Source of the DNA: Nageia nagi
Taxonomy: Eukaryota; Plantae; Pinophyta
Length of the DNA: 64,000 bases
Assembly (NCBI GenBank): GCA_050084985.1
Contig: JBITNC010000001.1
Span: 179,614,001-179,678,000 of the forward strand
Direction: 5' to 3'
Position numbers and translations under genes: made by a program. The notes under the pieces are model-generated. The model searched no databases, had not been told where the DNA came from, and saw nothing but the letters and a program-made list of their open reading frames with translations. Below are positions 28,201-41,645 of this stretch, one piece after another. The first letter of the stretch is position 1, and the number at the start of each line of letters is the position of its first letter.

Positions 28201-29741
28201 TGAGATATAATGAAAATGGTAATAAAACAAAAGAATGATACATTTTCATGTTAAAGCATTAGACCTAATTGGTGTACAAGGTTGTAATACTGTGAGAAGT
28301 TAACTTGAAATCTTATAACTATCGAGGTATTGAATATAAAAAATATATAAAAAATAGGTCTAAATTTTTAAGGTTTTGGTGAAGTTTGATTTAGGTGAAA
28401 CGTTAAAGAGAATATAATTTATGAATTCCAAATAAAAATTAATTATTTCCTTGAAAATTAGAAATATCTTTTAAAAATACTTTTTATTGTTGTTTTTATG
28501 GATATTATTTACTTATCTATTTTACTTGAATCCAAATAAAATTATTTAAGAATACAATAATACTGAAGATTATTTATCCTCAAAAGAATAAAAAAATACT
28601 TCATGCTTTTGAAAATTAAAGATTTCAAAACCTTTTAAATTCTCCTTTAGTTCATATAAATTTCTAAAATGACTTTCATTATTATGATAAACAAAATAAC
28701 TTGATTATAGTTTCATATATATATATATAGATTATTTAAAAGATAATAACTTCTAACATTATATGTTTTTAACGTTACATAAAGCATGCTTATTTTATAA
28801 TAAAACATTTTATCATTTTAATATATAATTCATTATATTATTATAAATAAAGTAAACCCACTAACCTAAAAGATAAGGATTTTTCAGATTATATTCCACT
28901 TTACCTCATTAAAAGTAAATAAAATTAAATCTGGTTCCTGGTTCCTTAAAACATAATAAGTTGTCACATTATATGTTATAAAGTATGACAAATTACTTCT
29001 TTTATAATAAAACATTTAAGTTGACTGTTCATATAATTGAAAATTTTCATAGTAAAAAATTTCTTTCTTTCTTAATTTAATGAATCTAAGATAACAACAT
29101 AATGTAATCTATTGTGGTCTGATAATCACATTATATCACTTGTAAGTTTAATAATATTTTTTTATAAATATATTTGAACAATGGCAATATATGCTTGTAA
29201 ATGACAATTTAATTGAAACTTACTTTTGTTTTTTTCGAATCATTCTATATATTTAAAAGATTTCTGCTATACATAAATTTTTATTTAATGATGTTTAGAG
29301 TCAAAATTAAATAAATAAAAATGTACTAAAAATAGCAAGCAAATCGTTCAAACTCCTTGTAATTTTTATTTTATCAAATTATATTGTACTAACCGAATAA
29401 TTCTATAAAGTTATATTTATTTCGCTCTTGGACGCAATTACAACTTTGTATGGATAAAAATGTAGAGACATTTTTTAAGGTTCAGGTTTTCCATATTCAT
29501 TCAATTTACAAAACTTGATGTATAAACAGGATATGGGTCATTATGCGGATCATCATGTAAGATAAGATATGATTTTAGAAGAAGTTTTACTTTTACTTGG
29601 AAAAGGTCTTTATAAGAGAAAAATTTCAGCTTAAAACTTGTAGTCAGACATGAAGATATTGCAAGCAGATCCACTCCAACCATTTTACCAGCAATGGTAA
29701 TACTATTAAGGATTCTTAACTCAAAACCATGGACGTTGTGC

Positions 29742-30466
29742 TTAATGCTGATTCTTGGCATCTGACATAATGAAAAGTTTAACGATAGTGATCATAGTTT
29801 TCAGAATTGAACATTTCCACAACAGACTAAAAAACTAATAATATGAATAAAACATTCTCTCACAATTGCTTTTAATACAATCACCCGTTCTGGCTAAATT
29901 TTGATCATGGCCCTTTCCAACAGAAAACATACCTGTTGAGCATTTTGTCCCCAGCTCATTCATGGACAATGCTGACCTGAAAACTAATTTATAAAGTACG
30001 ATTTAAAATACTGAATTTACAGATTTTGAATTCAAAGAAAGATCAAAATGGCAAGAGATGGTAAAACATATACCTGTAGTGACCCTGGCGTATTTTAAAC
30101 ACCAATTCAACAAATCCTGGACATAGGAAAAAGATACAATGGAAAAAGATAATAATAACTGATATTGACACAAGAAGAGAGGGAAGAATCCATGCATATA
30201 TCAGGGATACAAAACATTCTAATGCATATTTGGCTTATGATGCATATCATTACATTTAAAGCTTTTGTAATGAATGCTCATGCAGAAAGAGACACTTGTT
30301 AAGAAATTTCTATCTTGAAGCAACAGCTTACCTGCTGTCTAGCGAATACCAGTAAATTGAATCTTACAAGTGGTTGAACCATTTTCATGCATTAAGCATT
30401 AGACAGCACTCATCTTCTGGCAGCTGGGAATATTTGTCAGACAAAATTTAGAATCCTAGGAAGAGT
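29742..30466 (-). pseudogene. four-exon 3' fragment of an unidentified gene (exons 30466-30332, 30116-30074, 29976-29933, 29761-29742+)
   Basis: Four CAG acceptors with pyrimidine tracts and three strong donors (CAG|GTAAG, CAG|GTATA, CAG|GTATG). Best joined frame: ..CLMHENGSTTCKIQFTGIR*TAGFVELVFKIRQGHYRSALSMNELGTKCSTDAKNQH*, with three stops in the first exon. Confidence 0.55.
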
Positions 30467-30732
30467 CTGCAGTGCGAAAAAATATAAAACAGAATAAAAA
30501 TGAAAACTTTTTAAAATGGTTACACACAAAAATATATTTCAAAACTAGTTCTTGGGAAAAATTGGCTCCATATTATTCTACAAGAAGACAGAAAATGTAT
30601 AACCCAATTCTTTGTATGACCACATTTCCTTAGAATTAACGTATCGTAACAATAATTTCAATTTTAATCATAAATTATGTCTCTTGTTCAACGTCTTGAA
30701 TAAATTAAAGAATAGCTCATATTTAAATATTT

Positions 30733-31356
30733 GGGAAAATTACTAAAATACTTCTATAATTTATTATAATTATGAAAATATTTCTACTTTTTATAATAAT
30801 TATGAAAATACTTATACACCTTTTAAAAAATATTAAAATAGGAATTAAAATAAGAATTTCGAAGAGGGTTTACTATCAATCAAAAGCATTAATTACTCCT
30901 CTTCTTCACCTCTTTCAACATGGGATGGCACGAGTCGTTCATAAGAGATTCAAATATGAGGATGAAGTGCATATAATTGATATTCCTAATGGTGATTTTG
31001 TTTCAAAGCTTCTTATAAAATCTCATAATACAATAATCATTATAGATTTGGAGCCTCAGTACTTTCTCCGATCCACCAGGTGGTGAGAATCTTGGGGAAA
31101 ATGTATGTGTATTTGAATTTGCAGCCAATTTAATCAAGATCAGGAATCTGAAGCAAGTGCTGAAGGGGATAAAGAACATGTGTTGAAGGGGGTGAAGAAG
31201 AGGAGTAACTAATGCCTTTAATCAACCATGAACCCTTGTTGAAATTCTTATTTTAATATTTTTAAAAATGTGGCAAGGGTATTTTTGCAATTATTGAAAA
31301 AGTAGGGGTATTTTAGTAATTATGGTAAATTATAGGAGTATTTTGGTAATTTTTCT
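30733..31356. mobile_element. non-autonomous Mutator-like element (MULE), 624 bp
   Basis: About 190-bp imperfect TIRs (GGGAAAATTACTAAAATA... / ...TATTTTGGTAATTTTTCT). Exact 9-bp TSD TAAATATTT at 30724-30732 and 31357-31365. Confidence 0.9.
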
Positions 31357-32804
31357 TAAATATTTTATATTGTTTTAATTTTAACATATGTTTGTAATTA
31401 CGTATGTTTGTGTAAACATTTGACTGATTATTTTAATTTTATTAAAATTTAAACATAAAAATGAATATATTAATATTTAACAATAAATAAAATATTAAAT
31501 TTTAAATTTACATTTATTTAATTTTAAGATATCAATTTTAAATTTTATCAATACATATTTTTAAAATTTATTTTTACAAATGAACTATAATGTAATATTT
31601 ATAACAAATTTTGGATAATGTTTTATTGATATTAATGGGGTATGATTTTAAATTAAGTAGTTTCTCATTCATATAATAAATTTTGTATAAATAAATTTTG
31701 GGTTTGTATAAAAAATTTCTTTAATTTCATCGAGAGGCATTTCTTTAATTTCTCATTCAAAATATCATGTCGTCTATTTGATCATACACATTTGGCTAAC
31801 TATTTTGATTTTATTAAAATTTTAATACAAATCCAACTATATTAATTTTAATAAATATTTTTTATATATAAATAAAATGTTTAATCAATTTTAAATCACA
31901 AAATAAAATTAATTAGAATTCAATTATGGTAATGATATCTTTCGATGGTTTTTGATATATAAGGGGTTATATCAAAACTATTTTATTTTATTAAAAAAAA
32001 GTTTAGATGATTTCAAAAAATGATTGCTTAAAAGTTATTAGATATAGCAATACCAAGAAATCAGATAGATGTTCCATAAATGATATCTCTCAACATTTTT
32101 TGATATATAAGAGGTTATATCTTGAGTGGATTTTGGCAACATGGATGTCCTTCAATATGACATACAATAATTTAATATTAAATAGTATAATTGTAATTTA
32201 AAAAATTGAAATATAAAATGAAATTATATAAATTCTTTGTTGTATAAATTATAATTTTTGGATTTTTATATGATGATTTTGAAGATTATATCAGGGATTA
32301 AAATACACCAAGTTATCTTTCCTCAATAATAAACACAACCTCAAAGTTAAGTAATGAGTGAGACCCTCTAGGGTTTGGAGTTGGAAACCTTGGTCTCCTT
32401 ATGGTAAGCTTCTTTCTCAAGCTTTCCTTTAACTTTGTAATTCATTATTTGATCATTGAAATATTGAAATTTAATATTACAAGCACACATAACTCTTTCA
32501 ACAAGATGAAGTGAAACAACTTATAAGTTGTAATAAGATAAAAGACCATCTAACAATATAGCATAGCCTAGTACAAGATCACAGGGTGGAGTACAGGGTT
32601 GTGCATAAGGAATTTTAGTGAACCAAAATAAACAAAATAGTGGAAAAATAATTTCAAAATCTTGGTGATTTTATCCCAAAACACCATAGAAGTAATGGCA
32701 ATATTTTAAATTTCTAAGAACTATGTTATAAAAAATTGCTAGTTGATATCATTTTTTAAGAAAAGGTAAAAATTATAGCTGAATTTAAAATATTAGTTTA
32801 TATC

Positions 32805-33450
32805 AAATGCTCATCTTGATAATGATCAGATGCCCATCTTCGATAACAAAATGCTCCTCTTATGCAATAAGTCACTTATCTTCAATAAAAAAATACTTCT
32901 CTTCAAAAAGAAGTTATTAGTCATCAATAACGACTCACTCATCTTTAGTAACAAGTCACTTATATTTAGTAACAATTCATTTGTATTTAGTAATAAGTCA
33001 TTCATATTTAGTAATAAGTCAATCATCTTCAGTTATAAGTCGCTCATCTTTAGTAACAAGATGCTCTTCTTTAGTAAAAAGTCACTCATCTTAAATAATA
33101 AGTTGGTTTTCAGTAGTAATAATTCACTCATCTTCAGTAACAAGAATCTAGTCTTTAGTAACAAGTCACTCATCTTCAGTAACAAGTTACTCATATGCAG
33201 TAACAAGTTGCTCATCTTCAATAACAAGTCACTCATCTTTAGTAACAATTCATTTATGTTTAGTAATAAGATTTTCATCTTCAGTAATAAATCATTGGTC
33301 TTTAGTAACAAGTCACTCATCTTTGGTAACATGATGCTCATCATCAGTAACAAGTTGAGCATCTTCGGTAACATGATGTTCATCTTCAATAACAAGTCAC
33401 TCATCTTTAGTAACAAATTACTTATCTTTTGTAACAAGTCACTAGTCTTC
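32805..33450. repeat. 21-bp minisatellite, about 30 copies (consensus ~CTCATCTTCAGTAACAAGTCA)
   Basis: Heptad periodicity in the ORFs on both strands (SLIFSNK / LLLKMSD). Confidence 0.93.
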
Positions 33451-34339
33451 TCCTCTTATAGTATGGTCTTCTTTTCTTTTAGATCTGCATTCTTTTTCTT
33501 GGAGAACTAGGGTTCAATATAGATTTTCTTAGGAAAATTAAAAATATTTATAAAGTATAGGTGATAAGGTGCAAATTTGGTGGGGTATATTTGGTTAATT
33601 TATATAGAAAATACTTTGAAGTTATTCAATTTTGGCTAACTAATAAAGAAAATAAATAAATCTAAAGAAATTAGGCTACATTAGCAAGGGTTGGTGAGCA
33701 TAGAAATAACAAATTAAAAAATTAAAAAATTTTAAAAATACTATTTTGCGATAAATAACCACTATGCATTATCTTGGTGGAGTATGTTTCATACTTTTTT
33801 TCTTATTACAACTCATAATCCAATTAACTTTTTCCCTTTCAAAATGTACATAATGAGATACTACATAATATAAGATAAATTTATAATAACCTTTGAGATA
33901 GAAATCAAGCATAAACAATCAAATTTTATAATTACAACCAATGTAATAAGAATTGAGAACTTAAATATCTTAAAACAATTTTAAGGTTTTTTTGGAAGAT
34001 AGACAATTTACCAATGAAAATGGGTCTTCTTTTATATGAAAATTAAATGAGTTTACACTGGTGTAAAAAATAAAAGATAAATTTCTAAAAGTGTTGGTTA
34101 CTTTAGTTTCAATCTTAAAATAGATGGGCATGTAAATTAGACTATATTTTGTGAAATGTAAAAAATAAGCTTGAAAAGGCTTAACAAAGGAAAATATTGA
34201 TTTAGCATCATAATGTTTATGATAAAGCATTCATTAATTTTTGGCATTTATTTTTTAATATTAAGAAGTTTCTATATTTTATGGAGAATGACTCACAAAG
34301 AGATCTCAAATGTCAAGGTGAAGATAGAAGGATCTCTTG

Positions 34340-34790
34340 TTAAATGGAAACCCCCCCAAAAGGATGGGTAAAGCTTAATTTTGATGGGGTTTCCAATGGA
34401 AATCCTAGAAACTTAATGGTTGGAGGTATTATTAGACATTGTAATGGAGTTATCCTTATGGTGTATATAGAAAATCTTAGTCATAAATCTAACCACTTCA
34501 TAGAATCCAAAGCAACCTTTTAGGGTATCAAACTCTTAAAGAACAAAGCCTTTTCAAAGGTCATCATTAAAGGGGACTCTATGAATATCATAAACACCTT
34601 AAAGGGATCCCAAAAGCCTACCTATCCAAATCAAGAAATGATATTTGATGATATCAAAACTTTGGCTTTCCAAATTTTTTGAATTTCAAATAGATCACAT
34701 CTATTGAGAAACTAATAAACTAGTAGACATTTTTGCATCCTTATGCCTTCTCCAAGAGGAGCTTTCAAATTTGGAGGATATACCCTTGGA
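34340..34790 (+). pseudogene. plant L1-type RNase H domain (RVT_3-like), disrupted
   Basis: WKPP-KGWVKLNFDGVSNGNP..GGIIRHCNG...SNHFIESKA...VIIKGDSMNIIN...HIY*ETNKLVD. Confidence 0.85.
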
Positions 34791-35264
34791 AGACCTAATT
34801 ACTCTAGTTGGTGAAGATACTCTCCATGGAGTATGACTAATTTCAAAAAGAGGTTTTCTTACCATATTTTATGGATACCTAAGGCTTCTTTAGTATTCAC
34901 TCTTGATTTTTCCTCTCTTGAACATAACCTTCATAAGAATCATATTCCTCTCCACTTATAGCATCATGAGTTTCATGATTTTACTTCTAACAGTCCCTTA
35001 CCTCAAGGGGATGATATGGGTATCCTTTTTTCTAGATTGCATCATGAAAAATTAGTTTTCAAGGTATGGAACAGATTTAATGGCATGGCATATCCTAGCA
35101 TGAACAATGTTTGGCTTGTGTGGAGGTGGTAGGAGTTTTTAGGTTCCTTCTAGAATTTTGATAAGTTACAATCCTTAAAACCCATTCCTATTCTTATTCC
35201 TTGAATGTTTATTTATACTTCCATCCTCTATCTACAAGTGTTTAGCATGATGTCTTCTACTTGT

Positions 35265-35830
35265 ATGGAACTATCCTCTTTCTTAGTAGAGAAGGAGGTA
35301 AAGGAGGCCTTAATGAAGGATGGAATCTAGAATTTTCCAAGAAAATTTCCACTTGCTAATATAAACATAGTATTTTTCATTACAAATTCATGGAATAAAG
35401 GTAAGGTGATGGTTAATGGTATGAAATTCCACATTTCAAATGAGTTACTAGAGGAAGTATTAGGGCTTAAGGCTATTGGACATAATTTCAACTAAGGAAA
35501 TCATTCATTTAAAAATGAAGTGGACATGTTTGCATGATGGAGGGCATACAAAATTTTTTCCTTAGAATTCAATGCACTTTGCTACCTAAGCTATGGGGGA
35601 AGGTGGTTCTCTTTATAATGCAATATTTTACTTTAGATGAAATACAAGATGTGGTAAGAAGCTTTCATTTTGGCTTCCTTAACCACATCTAGGGTTACCA
35701 GATTCTTAACATTCCTTTATTTTTGTTGAATTACCTTGATAAATCCTTCTTCTTATTTCAATAATAAAATTTGGCTACTTCTCTTCATATAAGCCTCCTT
35801 ACAATATTAGTCTTCCATGTTCATAATCAT
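35265..35830 (+). pseudogene. decayed ORF of unknown TE-associated family (copy 1)
   Basis: NSWNKGKVMVNG...LPKLWGKVVLFIMQYFTLD...FHFGFLNHI...NIPLFLLNYL, homologous to 41646-42257. Confidence 0.65.
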
Positions 35831-37639
35831 AAATCTATAGCCTTTTTAAAAAATCTTATTTTTGTATACTTCTTTGGGAAGCTCATAATCAAGGTCAAAA
35901 GGTTGTGTGGATTAAGATAAGGCTTCTCCAAATATCTCCTTAGGTGGGAAAAGTAAAAGGAATGTGAAAGGGAAGGTTGAGTCCTCTAAGCTAAATATAT
36001 AAAAGGAAAATTTAGAGTAGTTTATTGCAACACTCTCAAGGATATCAAAATTAAACACTTTAGATTACATAAATCCTAAATAAGGAGATGTCCAAGGGAG
36101 ACCTCCTTTTACAAACCCTATCAAGTATTTTGAGTTTTTCTTTCCCATGGTTTTCTGTTATCTTATGTTTATAGGATATTATTCCTATATTTTATCTGTG
36201 GCCTTGTTATGGTGATGTTCTAGCCTAGTTGGATTCTTATTTTGTTATTTGTTTTAGAAACTTCTTCCAATATTCTAATCACTTCGTAAGGATATGGGGA
36301 CCTCAAAACCTCACTTTTTATCCAATATCAATCAAAAAAAGAATTTACTATTTTTTTAATTTTTATTAAAAAAAATTATTTTTAACATTTGTTATTTTTA
36401 GATTCTTTTATTTTTAGATTTACTAAAATAAAATTGTCAAAATATATTATTTTTCCTCTATATAAATGTATGCTTGCTCTCTTATAATCTAATTCTAGAA
36501 TAAATTGTAAGAGAATTTTTTTCTCATGAATTCAGCTAAGGAACTCTCAGGATTAGTAGTTTTGGGTTTACATTTTTACATATTTATTTCACTTAAAATT
36601 TTAATATGAATACATTATTTTTTCTACTTCTAATATTTTTTAATCAACACATAATTCAAATGTGTACAATTTTATATTATTGAATTTATCCTTTAAATTT
36701 TTACAATATCAAATATTTTTTAAATCCTTCAAACATATGTTAAAATGATAGATATATCACCAAATTAACATTAATAATTATTTATGTAAAATAAATGGTT
36801 AAAATACTAAAATAAATAATATGTTATTTGCATGTATTGATACAAAAGTATAAACACAAGGGAAAATAGTTTTAATTTTAAACTTTTTGAAAAACTCACG
36901 CAACTATCATTTTAGTTTCCTCTCCCTTTTAACTAGGAATGAAGGGGTGAATAAGGAAACTGTTATCAATTTGAGAAATAAGAGCAATATTTGTGAAGAT
37001 TCCCAAGGAGGAAATATTGATGTGAAGGATCTAGAAATGTAATTATCTTTATACAAGGTTTATAATTATGTAACTATAACAGATATTTTCAATATATTTT
37101 TGTAGGAATGTAGAAAATACAAGCATCCATATAATTTGATACTAGATTTATACTGGTACAACTATGATATTTCTCCCATAGAAACTTTCACTTTGAATCT
37201 CATAGATTGTATTAACTCTCATTAAAATATATAGTGTATAATGTTCTCATAGAAAGTTTAATTAGCTTTCATCAATGGTGAATACTCACCCATGAATTAC
37301 AAATATCATGCACATATAGCAAGCACTCAAGCATCAAGCACAACCAACTTACTTGTATACTAGAAAATCTAATAAATTTATATTTTGTATATGGTGAAAC
37401 CCATGAACATGATAGTTAAACTATCATTCATACCAAACATAATGGACTATACCTTTCTACCTAATATGTATAAGTGGTTCATACCACTTTATGTGTATAC
37501 ATGGGCAATTCTTATCCTCAAATAATTTGAGTATTAAATTAGTAAAAATTATTCTTTTCAATTTAAATTAATAACCAAGAACCTTCATACCCAAGATTAT
37601 ATTACAACCTCTAACACCTTCCGTTTATGTAAAATTGGG

Positions 37640-37720
37640 GATGTTGACTATAACATAAACAAGACTTGAATTCTTCCCAAGATGTTGACTATAATATAAA
37701 CATGACTTAAATTCTTCCCC
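37640..37720. repeat. tandem duplication, 2 x 41 bp
   Basis: GATGTTGACTATAACATAAACAAGACTTGAATTCTTCCC repeated, with a few substitutions. Confidence 0.9.
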
Positions 37721-39466
37721 TTATGATATAGTTGGATATTAGAATCATAAAGGATAAAAAATAAAACATTTCATTGTATAATAAGATTAATACAGTATTT
37801 AAAAATGAAGAAAGAGAGTTTATTTTTCTTTTACAGCATACAAGGTTGTCGGTGTGAGCAAATATGAGCCTACATACTTCAAAGTAATCAACACATTACT
37901 TAAATTTTTAAAACTCAAAATATAGATTAGTTAGATACATTCATTTAAATAAAAATGATTTTGTATTAATTAATAACTGATATCTATTACATATAATATA
38001 ATAATTAACCAATAGTGGTTATCCCATAAAGGGATTACAAATAATCAACAATGATGATTCCAATTATATTAACTAGAATAAATGGTATATCATAAATCAT
38101 TATTGATTTGTGTTATTTGAAAAAATTCCAATATAATATGCTAACAACATTATTGATCACTGAAGTTTTTTATACCTAGAACTTATAGAGATACAAATTT
38201 GAGATTTTAAAGACATATCAATAAAATTCAACATAAATTGAATAACAAAAAAAAATTGACACATAAAAATTACAGAAATATAAATATGATATTTTCAAAA
38301 TATATCAACGATAAATTTTTATATTAAAAATTTCAAAACATATCAACATAGTTTCAACACTTATCAACATATATGCACTAAAAAAATTGATATTAAAAGT
38401 ATCATCGATAAATTTTGATATTAAAAGTATCAATGATAAATTTTGGTAGCATGTAATATGAATATGTACATACTAAAATTAAACATAAAAAATGTTCAAT
38501 TTTGAGAGAAAGTTTTAAATACACTTTACACTCCCATGATTTAGTACATAAAGTAATACAAATATAGTCCTATTAAGGTGAGTTTTTCATCACATAGCTC
38601 TCATATTTTACTACCCCTTTAGGGAAACTTCACTAACCTTATCATATCTCTAAATTTAACTACTTAGGCATTTTCTAAAGGCTCAATGAATAAATCAATA
38701 AAATTTTGTTCACATGGAAAATAATGCAAACATAAATATAACAACCCCAAATCCTAGGATATTAGTTTATCTTAATATTGATTTAAAATATTGTTAAAAT
38801 TTGAGGATTTATTACCATAACATATACTAAATTTAATTAAAGTAAACAATGCATGTTATGATATCATGTATGTTACTTTATAATATGTTGAATAAGTATT
38901 GACCCAAATAGGTTGCTATCAAACTACATATGAAGTTTAAAGTTTTGTATGCATATATGATATTATCATCATATTATTGTTCTTCATAGAACTTTTTAAT
39001 GAGACACAAGTTCTAGATTTTATCATGATCTGAAAGATAACATGGCAAAGGAACAAGTCTAGCCTCCATACATTCCAAGTACAAGAAGATTGGAAAACAT
39101 ATGAGAAGAATGTCAAGTTTGATTTTAAATGTGACATATTCAAGTGTGCTTCTTGAATATATTATCATTTAAAAAAAAAAAACTCTTTAATATAGGCCAA
39201 ATATAATATATTGAACCTTGCATGAAACTTCCATCATCTAATTTGAATTTGTAACTTAAGAAATAAAGATTACTTCTAACCTTAAATGGGTGGGAATAAA
39301 GGAACTAATTTCTTTTAAAATGAATCTTAGAAAAATATTGCAATCTAGTGATTTAAATGACCTTTATAAGTTTTTAAATAATATTCATAAATAACAAGTT
39401 ACAAATTAGAAAAATTTAAAAATGATCTACCTAACTAAATAAGAGTAGCACTATTATTGATTAAAA

Positions 39467-39630
39467 GTGTGTGTGTGTGTGCGCGCACATGCATGTACAT
39501 GTGTGTGCCTACATGTGTGTGTGCATGTGCATGTGTGTGTGCATGCACATGTGCATGCATGTGTGTGTGCATGTGTGTGTGTGTATGTGTGTATGCATGT
39601 GCGTGTGCATGTGCATGTTTGTATGTGCAT
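39467..39630. repeat. compound (TG)n/(TGCA)n microsatellite
   Basis: Seen directly; source of three spurious C/V/H/T-rich ORFs. Confidence 0.97.
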
Positions 39631-41645
39631 AGTAATATTAGTTTGGCAGAGCACTTCTTGAAGATTATTTATTTGAAGGGTTTGTAAAATGAGTCTATTA
39701 ATATAATAGGAGAAATAGAATTTTTTAATCATCCCTTCTATCATATCATAGACATTACTAGTTATTCTCATTAGCTTTGGATAGTCAAGACCATTGCAGG
39801 AGTTAGAAGAATTGAGCCTAATAATATGCTTGAATAATTAAAATTTGAGTTGCTAGGAACTTTTACCTCTTCAATGGAAAATTAAAATAGAAGTATATTA
39901 TTTTGTCAAAAGAACATATAGAGCATGCTGCACATGAATTTTCACTAAATATTATGATTTGTAGCACCTGTGATCAACAACATTATCATAATCTTCTTAT
40001 AATGGAGTCAAAATTGAAGGAGCTTGATTTCCAAAAGATTAAAAATATTTACTTCAACATATAAAGAATGACATATTAGGGGTGTATTCAAGGACTCTAT
40101 ATAGGTATGCCTAACCTCTATGCTCCTTATAATTTTTCTATATTTCAATAAAAAGTATTCAAACTCTCAAGCACAATGGTCTTAGTGGTTTTGGTGGTCT
40201 TCCAAAGTCTCACCTTGGTCATACTATGATTGGAGTAAATAATTATGACCATAAAAGAATTGGAAACCTTAATAATTCCCTTAAGTTAATCCACCATACT
40301 ATCAAGAGCTACCTCTTCCACCATAATAGTCATACCTATTTGAAACCCTAGTAAATAGTGATAATTCTCTATCAAATTAGCCTCATCTTCCTGCCCAATC
40401 AATGCCAAATTAAAATAATATACCAACCAATAAATGGTCTATGAGATTAAAGAAACCTTTTTGATAGCCCTATTACCCTTTTATAACATTGTATCTCAAC
40501 AAAAACTTGCACCTAATCTAATCTTGTCAATTACTCAAATAAAAATCTATATTTAAATGAAGCTTCCACATATCTTTCTTTAGTAAAAGTATGCAAACTA
40601 TTGTTATTGAGATGTGCTATGAACGGACCTACATACAAAATTTTGTTACATTCAAATGGATAGATTTTCAATACCTATTAGTATATATTTTATATAATTC
40701 TATAGTCCCTATATATCACTTTATATATTTCAAAGAATTATGTAGAATATTTTTCACACATTTTACATAATCTTGCAATCCATAAGCATCAATCTATGTA
40801 TTCCATATTTTTCTATAGTCCTTATATATGTTATAGAGCACTCTTTTACAACTAAAGAAGTACATGGAGCTTCAAAGGTTAAGTATAGAAAATAAAGGAT
40901 TTAGAGCATCATAAGAAAGCATAACAAGATCAAGGTGATATCTTAGTTGTAGTTATGTTTCATCAAGAATATTGAGTATGCAACTTGCACATCTTAGAGA
41001 AGAAGGTTGCATCGAAATATATTATGAAGAATTGATGGAGGAGATGGGTATGGATGGAAATAATATCATACAATAGGGGAAGCATTAATATATTGGATAG
41101 AAATGATAAATATAAGAGGTGAAAAATAAGTGAGAAATGTTGTGCAGGTCCATTAACATTGATAATTATGAAAGAAGCATAATAGAAGGATATTTGAACA
41201 AAAGGAGAGTGAAGTAAGAATAATATTGAGACTAATTTGTATAAGGGCTAAGGAGAATATAGGGTGTAATGCATTTAGAATTAAAAATGTAGAGCCACTA
41301 TTGATTAAGTTAAATACCATATAAATCACTTTCCAATTCTCAAGGAAGGAGGGTTTAAAAGTCTTTATGAACATTTAGGCATTTAATGTGATGGAACGAA
41401 GTCTAGCATGTGACCTAACTTAGAGTGAGATGGAGGATAAGATGGTATGTGGGAATTAGTATAGATTTATGGAAATCAACATTAACCAAATTATGAACTA
41501 TCAGGTGAGGTACTCATAGTGCTTGGAAGCAAACTAACATTACATCATAAGTGACAAAGGGATGATGGATAATGAACTCAATTTTTGGTAAGTTTTAGTG
41601 CTATTTTAAGGGACATCATCTAGTTTTATAGCTAGAATTAGAAGT

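Larger units (their letters stand above)
34281..36340 (+). mobile_element. 5'-truncated L1-type LINE 3' portion: RNase H, extra downstream ORF, A-tail
   Basis: RNase H at about 34340-34790, ends ATCAATC-A7. Possible degenerate TSD: aagaagtttctatattt / aagaatttactattttt. Confidence 0.65.

Noticed and set aside
29501-29761. 86-aa ORF as a stand-alone gene
   Set aside because: Its ATG coincides with a splice acceptor, neither frame that reads plausibly through the upstream exons runs into it, and it has no recognisable domain.
32830-33510. 226-aa ORF as a real protein, or the array as CRISPR
   Set aside because: It is a by-product of a stop-free 21-bp unit. There are no unique spacers or cas genes, and the context is eukaryotic.
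38200-38450. Degenerate TATCAACGATAAATTTT-type short repeats (possible DNA-transposon subterminal repeats)
   Set aside because: No TIR or TSD was found; too weak to call.
39454-39771. Cys/His-rich ORFs
   Set aside because: Translations of the TG/CA microsatellite.
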